Source: Octopus sinensis
Lineage: Eukaryota
Direction: 5' to 3'
DNA: 13,030 bases
Assembly: GCF_006345805.1 (NCBI RefSeq)
Contig: NW_021826464.1
Span: forward strand, 1 to 13,030
The notes beneath the pieces are model-generated. The model worked only from the letters and a program-made list of their open reading frames with translations. It made no database searches and was not told the origin of the DNA. The position numbers and the translations under genes are program-made. Within the stretch, counting starts at the first letter, position 1. Each line of letters starts with the position of its first letter. This document shows, piece after piece, positions 8,959-13,030 of the stretch.

Positions 8959-9075
8959 GACGGCGGCCATGCTGGAGCGCCGCCTTCAAGTGTTTTAGCA
9001 AACTATTTATAGATTCAAGTATTTATTCCAATCAGGTGTTTATTTCATTGATCTTCTTTGTCGAATGGCTAAGTG
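8959..9075 (-). mobile_element. Diverged 3' fragment of a family C-related SINE
   Basis: GACGGCGGCCATGCTGGAGCGCCGCC and GTCGAATGGCTAAGT match GACTGCGGCCATGCTGGAGCACCGCC (2468) and GCCGAACCGCTAAGT (about 2564). Confidence 0.75.
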
Positions 9076-9104
9076 ATCCCATGAGCTAAAAAGAAAAGAA
9101 GTAT

Positions 9105-9292
9105 ATGCTAGCATACACACACACACACATTCTCATACATATACACATACACAAATACATAGATGCACACATACAGACGTATATGTATATATGTATGTAT
9201 GTGTGTATATATGTGTGTGTGTCTGAGCATGCTTGTGTATATATGTGTGTATCTATATATATATATGTGTGTGAGTGTATGTATATATATAA
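9105..9292. repeat. Compound (CA)n/(TA)n/(TG)n microsatellite
   Basis: Direct reading. Confidence 0.95.
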
Positions 9293-9689
9293 AAATTAAT
9301 CAAAGGTCATACTAAGTATGTCTACCTGCTGGAAATAACAGTCAAAACTCATATTTAAATTGCCAAAATACACCGAAGGCTAGGCGAACTAAGACAATCT
9401 CTCAGCATACAATCAAGTATTTGGATTTACGTGGACCGGTTTCTGGACTGGCATTATAGCCTCATCCACCTCAGCACGCGTTACCAGGTGAGAGGGCCCC
9501 GATCCTTCGGGTTGAAGTCTGCGCTGCAACAGATTAATTTTGCGCCGAATCACAGCAGCCACCAGATGATTAAAAGAGTCAATAAAATCTTCGCAATATT
9601 GTCTCTTGAATTATTTGCTCCGAATATATATATATATATATTATATATATATATATATACGAGAAAGAAGCAACAAAAAAAGGATAGGT

Positions 9690-9783
9690 TTTTAGTACAA
9701 TCGTTTCATACAAGGACAGGCTTTATTATTAAAAGTTGCAAAAATTACAGCATATAAACGTGTCCCGTACTCATCAGCTAAAA
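9690..9783 (-). ncRNA. Type I hammerhead ribozyme with intact core and 63-nt helix II
   Basis: On the - strand: TTTTAG(9783-78)-CTGATGA(9777-71)-GTACGGGACA(9770-61)...TGTCCTTGTAT(9718-08)-GAAAC-GATT-GTA(9698-96)-CTAAAA(9695-90). Helix I is a perfect 6 bp, helix II is 10 bp with one bulge, and ACGATTGT self-pairs with two G.U pairs. Confidence 0.85.
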
Positions 9784-9939
9784 TACATGTGAGATTTCTC
9801 TAGACATCCTAGTGGTTGAGGCTATACTCATGAAGTAATGTAGATAATTAAGTAACATAAACAGATTCCAAAGTTCATTAAAGTTCTTTAAAGATGATGT
9901 ACAGTCTTATCACAGAATTTTAAAAAGTTTTAATAGCAT

Positions 9940-10232
9940 CACAGAGAAGGGGACCTAATCCATAGTGCACGTATAATTTCCAGAGATATGATGAGGGATT
10001 ACATACTCACCAGAAGACAAATTTTATCCCATTGTTAATCACAACGAGGTGGGTCTCAATTCCTGCTTATTAGTCATTACAGAGAGGGTGAATTAATCCT
10101 TTGTATAGATGCACAATTTCCAATGGTATAGATGTAAATTTCCAGAGAAATGAAGAGGAATTTCATATTCACAGGCGATAAATTTATCAATGGTTGAACA
10201 CAATGAGGTAGGTATCAATTCTTGTTATATGA
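9940..10232. repeat. Diverged two-unit tandem duplication (about 140-155 bp) inside the inverted-repeat element
   Basis: AATTTCCAGAGATATGATGAGGGATTACATACTCAC...CACAACGAGGTGGGTCTCAATTCCTG versus AATTTCCAGAGAAATGAAGAGGAATTTCATATTCAC...CACAATGAGGTAGGTATCAATTCTTG; roughly 75% identity by eye. Confidence 0.8.
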
Positions 10233-11505
10233 TTAGGTATTTGCCACATTAATCACATTACTGCTATTTACAGAGGCTGTAGCTATTTAACTTTTAAAGG
10301 CTGAAGGGCTTTCTAGAGAGGCTAGAATAGGAAAGGGAAGGGATAGAGGAAAAGAGAGAAAATAAAGGAGGTAGGACAAAAGGGGGGGAAGGGGACTAAA
10401 AGAGAAGAGAAAAGGAAAGAGAATAAGAACGAAGAAAAGAAAAAGAGAAAGAGAAGAAATAGGGAAGAAGGAAAAAAAGAAAAAGAAAAAAAGAGGGTTC
10501 TAGTTAAACAGAAGAATTAGTAGACGGCAAGTCTGGTTTTTAATTTACAGGCATCTAGGAACTAAAGGAGAATATTATTCTTTGACCAGTAAAAAGCTAA
10601 TTTATTGCTGTTGAAATCAGCTATGAATTTAAAGAGAATCTAAAGAGATAACACAGTCAGGGGTTTAGGGGTCAGATGCTAAAATCAAAAGAAAATACAT
10701 TAGGAAAATCTAGTATAATCTTATCAAAAAGTCATTAAAATTTACTTATTTAATTTATTCATTTTATTGTCTTAGGGAGTTGCCGTTATTATTCATACAT
10801 TGACGGACTACAACAGGTCAAATCTTAAAAGATCATTTACAAGGTGTTAGGGGATTGTCTATCATAATGAAGATAATCATATTATCACCGAGGGAGTAGC
10901 CTTATTTATTTATTTTGAAATAGAATTATGGGCTATAGTAACTCATTTTATTTTATTAGAGTTATGCTACTTAAAATAGATTAAGTTAGGAATTAAAATT
11001 AAAAAATTACACTTAAGATTTAAAATTAGAATTTAAAAATTATAGTTTGAAATTAAATAAAGCCTCAATTAAGCAGCGTATAAGTACTATTCATTTCCCT
11101 GTTCTCAAAAACTGATGCAGATATAAGGAAAAAATAACTGTAGTGTGAGAACTCTTAGTTATCTACTTAAGGCAGTGCTATACTAGTAGAAATCAAGTTA
11201 TATATCTATCTATCTAGTTACGAATATCTAATCATTTAAAATATTTAAGTCTTCAATTAGCGTGGACACAAACTTGACCTAGTTCGATATGGTTTATATG
11301 CTGTATTTTGCAACTTTTAATAAGCCCTGTCCTTGTATGAAACGATTGTACTAAAAACCTATCCATTCTTGTTGCTTCTTTCTCGCTTATAATCACCCAC
11401 ATTACTGTATTATTGTTAAAACAGTATAGTTTTTTTGGTGCATCTAAGTTAGGTACCATATTCAAGTAAATTCATTTAATTTAACTTGAATCTTATTGCT
11501 TTTGT

Positions 11506-11622
11506 ATATATATATATATATATAATGTATGTATATGTATATATGTATATATGTATATATATTATATATATATATATAATATATATATATATTAGATATA
11601 TATAATATATATATATATATAA

Positions 11623-11668
<46 letters not shown>
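11506..11668. repeat. (TA)n microsatellite
   Basis: Direct reading. Confidence 0.97.
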
Positions 11669-11671
<3 letters not shown>

Positions 11672-12020
11672 TACAGAGAGAAGCCTATTTCAAAGGTCGA
11701 TATTGATATTCCTTCAATCCATATCAAGTTATAGAAATTCTTCAAACAATACAATATACATAGATGCGTTTACGTATATGAGACATGATGAAAATTCATA
11801 AGAATTCATAAACACCTATAAATACGAAGATTTATGAAAATTTATGAAAATTCACAAATATATAAAAATTTACAAACACATAGAAATTCATAAATATATA
11901 AACACATAAGTCTAAATACATAGATATACTTGCGAAGTCCGAATGTCCGTATTAGAATCAATTAGGAGGGTAGAAAAGAAAGTTAGTATAAGATAATTCA
12001 TTAGGAATCCTAAATAGGTA

Positions 12021-12112
12021 CAAAACCTTACGGCCGTTTCGAGAAGAAAAAAGTTGATATGGGCGTGCTAACCCCATCCATAGCAGTTATCTATACTTCT
12101 CTCATCAGACTT
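12021..12112 (-). ncRNA. Type I hammerhead core with perfect catalytic nucleotides and 61-nt helix II but poor helix I
   Basis: On the - strand: CTGATGA(12108-02)-GAGAAG...TATGG...CCATA...CTTCTC(12046-41)-GAAAC-GGCC-GTA(12031-29), with perfect palindrome ACGGCCGT. The flanks TTAAGT and AGGTTT pair only at the first position. Confidence 0.7.
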
Positions 12113-12445
12113 AAGGGATTGAAAGAGTTGTTAAAATTTTAAGAGGTTTGAGAATTAAAAAAAGAATACTATTGTTTAGTCGAACCATACTCTTCAAGCA
12201 GATGATATAATTAAAATTAAAATTACAGGTTAAGGTACATTACGACGCTGTATATAATAGTATTTTAAGAAGAGTCCATAATATAAAGGACGGCTATATT
12301 AGGATCCTATCGGCTAATTATTTTGGGGTAAGAACCTAAAAGTTGAAAATATTTATGTCTACAGGTCAGATATCTTATGACGTCAGATATCTTATTAATT
12401 AAGCTATTTTTTGTTGGCACTGAGTATGTGGATCGCCTCCTTCCT

Positions 12446-12453
12446 GCACACAA

Positions 12454-12493
<40 letters not shown>

Positions 12494-12504
12494 TTATACA
12501 CACA
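12446..12504. repeat. (CA)n(TA)n microsatellite
   Basis: Direct reading. Confidence 0.95.
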
Positions 12505-12671
12505 CTTGAGAAATCTAACCGCACAAACGAAAGAAAAGGGCTTTCAACACATTTAGTGAAAGTTACATGCATTATTTAAAACAGTTTGATTCGCATGGAA
12601 CCGAACCAAATTGTTTGAGATGATATATATATACATTAATCGAAGCGTACAGTATTATATATATTACGGCC

Positions 12672-12756
12672 TAAATTTACCAATCAGTTTCACACTAGGG
12701 GTTCAAAAGAGAGTTAGGTAACAGTGCGGTTATGTAACTTTGCACTCTTCAGAGGT
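12672..12756 (-). ncRNA. Decayed type I hammerhead-like motif, 54-nt helix II
   Basis: On the - strand: ACCT-CTGAAGA(12752-46)-GTGC..AGTTA...TAACT...GTGT-GAAAC(12691-87)-TGATTG-GTA-AATTTA. Helices II and III pair only through G.U wobbles, and helix I is not formed in cis. Confidence 0.5.
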
Positions 12757-12864
12757 AGCCGTTGTGGAATGGCGACTGCTCTCTATTAGTGGACAGATAT
12801 ATTTGGTTTGTTTGGTAAAATAAAGGAGAAAGTTTAGCATGAAGGAATAATTGGATAAAATATG

Positions 12865-12952
12865 GACACATATGCACACACACACACACACACACCACAC
12901 ACACACACACATAGATACATGCACACACGCACACACACACACACATATATAT
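12865..12952. repeat. (CA)n microsatellite
   Basis: Direct reading. Confidence 0.95.
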
Positions 12953-13030
12953 AATTTCGAGAGAAATTGGCTTGCAAATATAGTACCTCGCTCCCTAAAT
13001 TCCCTTTAAGTACATAGACTTGTGCTCTAT

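Larger units (their letters stand above)
9660..11385 (-). mobile_element. ORF-less element with about 95-bp inverted termini and a terminal hammerhead; probable Penelope-like retroelement derivative
   Basis: 9660-9759 is the reverse complement of 11292-11385, differing only by a few small indels and substitutions. A complete HHR lies at 9690-9783 (-) and an internal purine tract at 10315-10496. I found no RT or GIY-YIG reading frame in the part I translated by eye. Confidence 0.65.

Noticed and set aside
8040-9089. LPSF / EGRK repeat ORFs
   Set aside because: Translations of the (CCTT)n satellite.
9431-11465. Two ORFs sharing DRFLVQSFHTRTG, suggesting paralogous genes
   Set aside because: The shared peptide is the translation of the two inverted-repeat arms.
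12265-12295. AAGAAGA-GTCC...GGAC hairpin resembling a hammerhead half
   Set aside because: The core box is non-canonical and GAAA does not follow the stem.
12365-12395. 14-bp direct repeat GTCAGATATCTTAT
   Set aside because: A single short local duplication with no further structure.
11940-12420. Possible mitochondrial insertion (AT-rich, rRNA-like look)
   Set aside because: I could not identify any conserved mt-rRNA or mt-protein motif; BLASTN to a mitogenome would settle it.

Overview
Eukaryotic, AT-rich, repeat-dominated DNA with no protein-coding gene I can support. Every listed ORF falls in microsatellites, an 11-bp minisatellite, SINEs or AT-rich flank. The window holds about 12 full or partial copies of several tRNA-derived SINE families, plus many simple repeats. 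From memory these resemble the abundant octopus SINEs, so the source is probably a coleoid cephalopod (inference, not checked). The main unexplained signal is six type I hammerhead-ribozyme (HHR)-like motifs in the order helix I / CTGANGA / helix II / GAAAC / short palindromic helix III / GTH. They lie at about 1.7, 5.5 and 6.0 kb (+) and 9.7, 12.1 and 12.7 kb (-). Four carry long helix II extensions (54-88 nt). The best preserved one sits at the end of a 1.7-kb ORF-less element with about 95-bp inverted termini, typical of Penelope-like retroelement (PLE) derivatives. A promoter-like ETS-CRE/ETS/YY1 motif cluster lies at 7731-7820.
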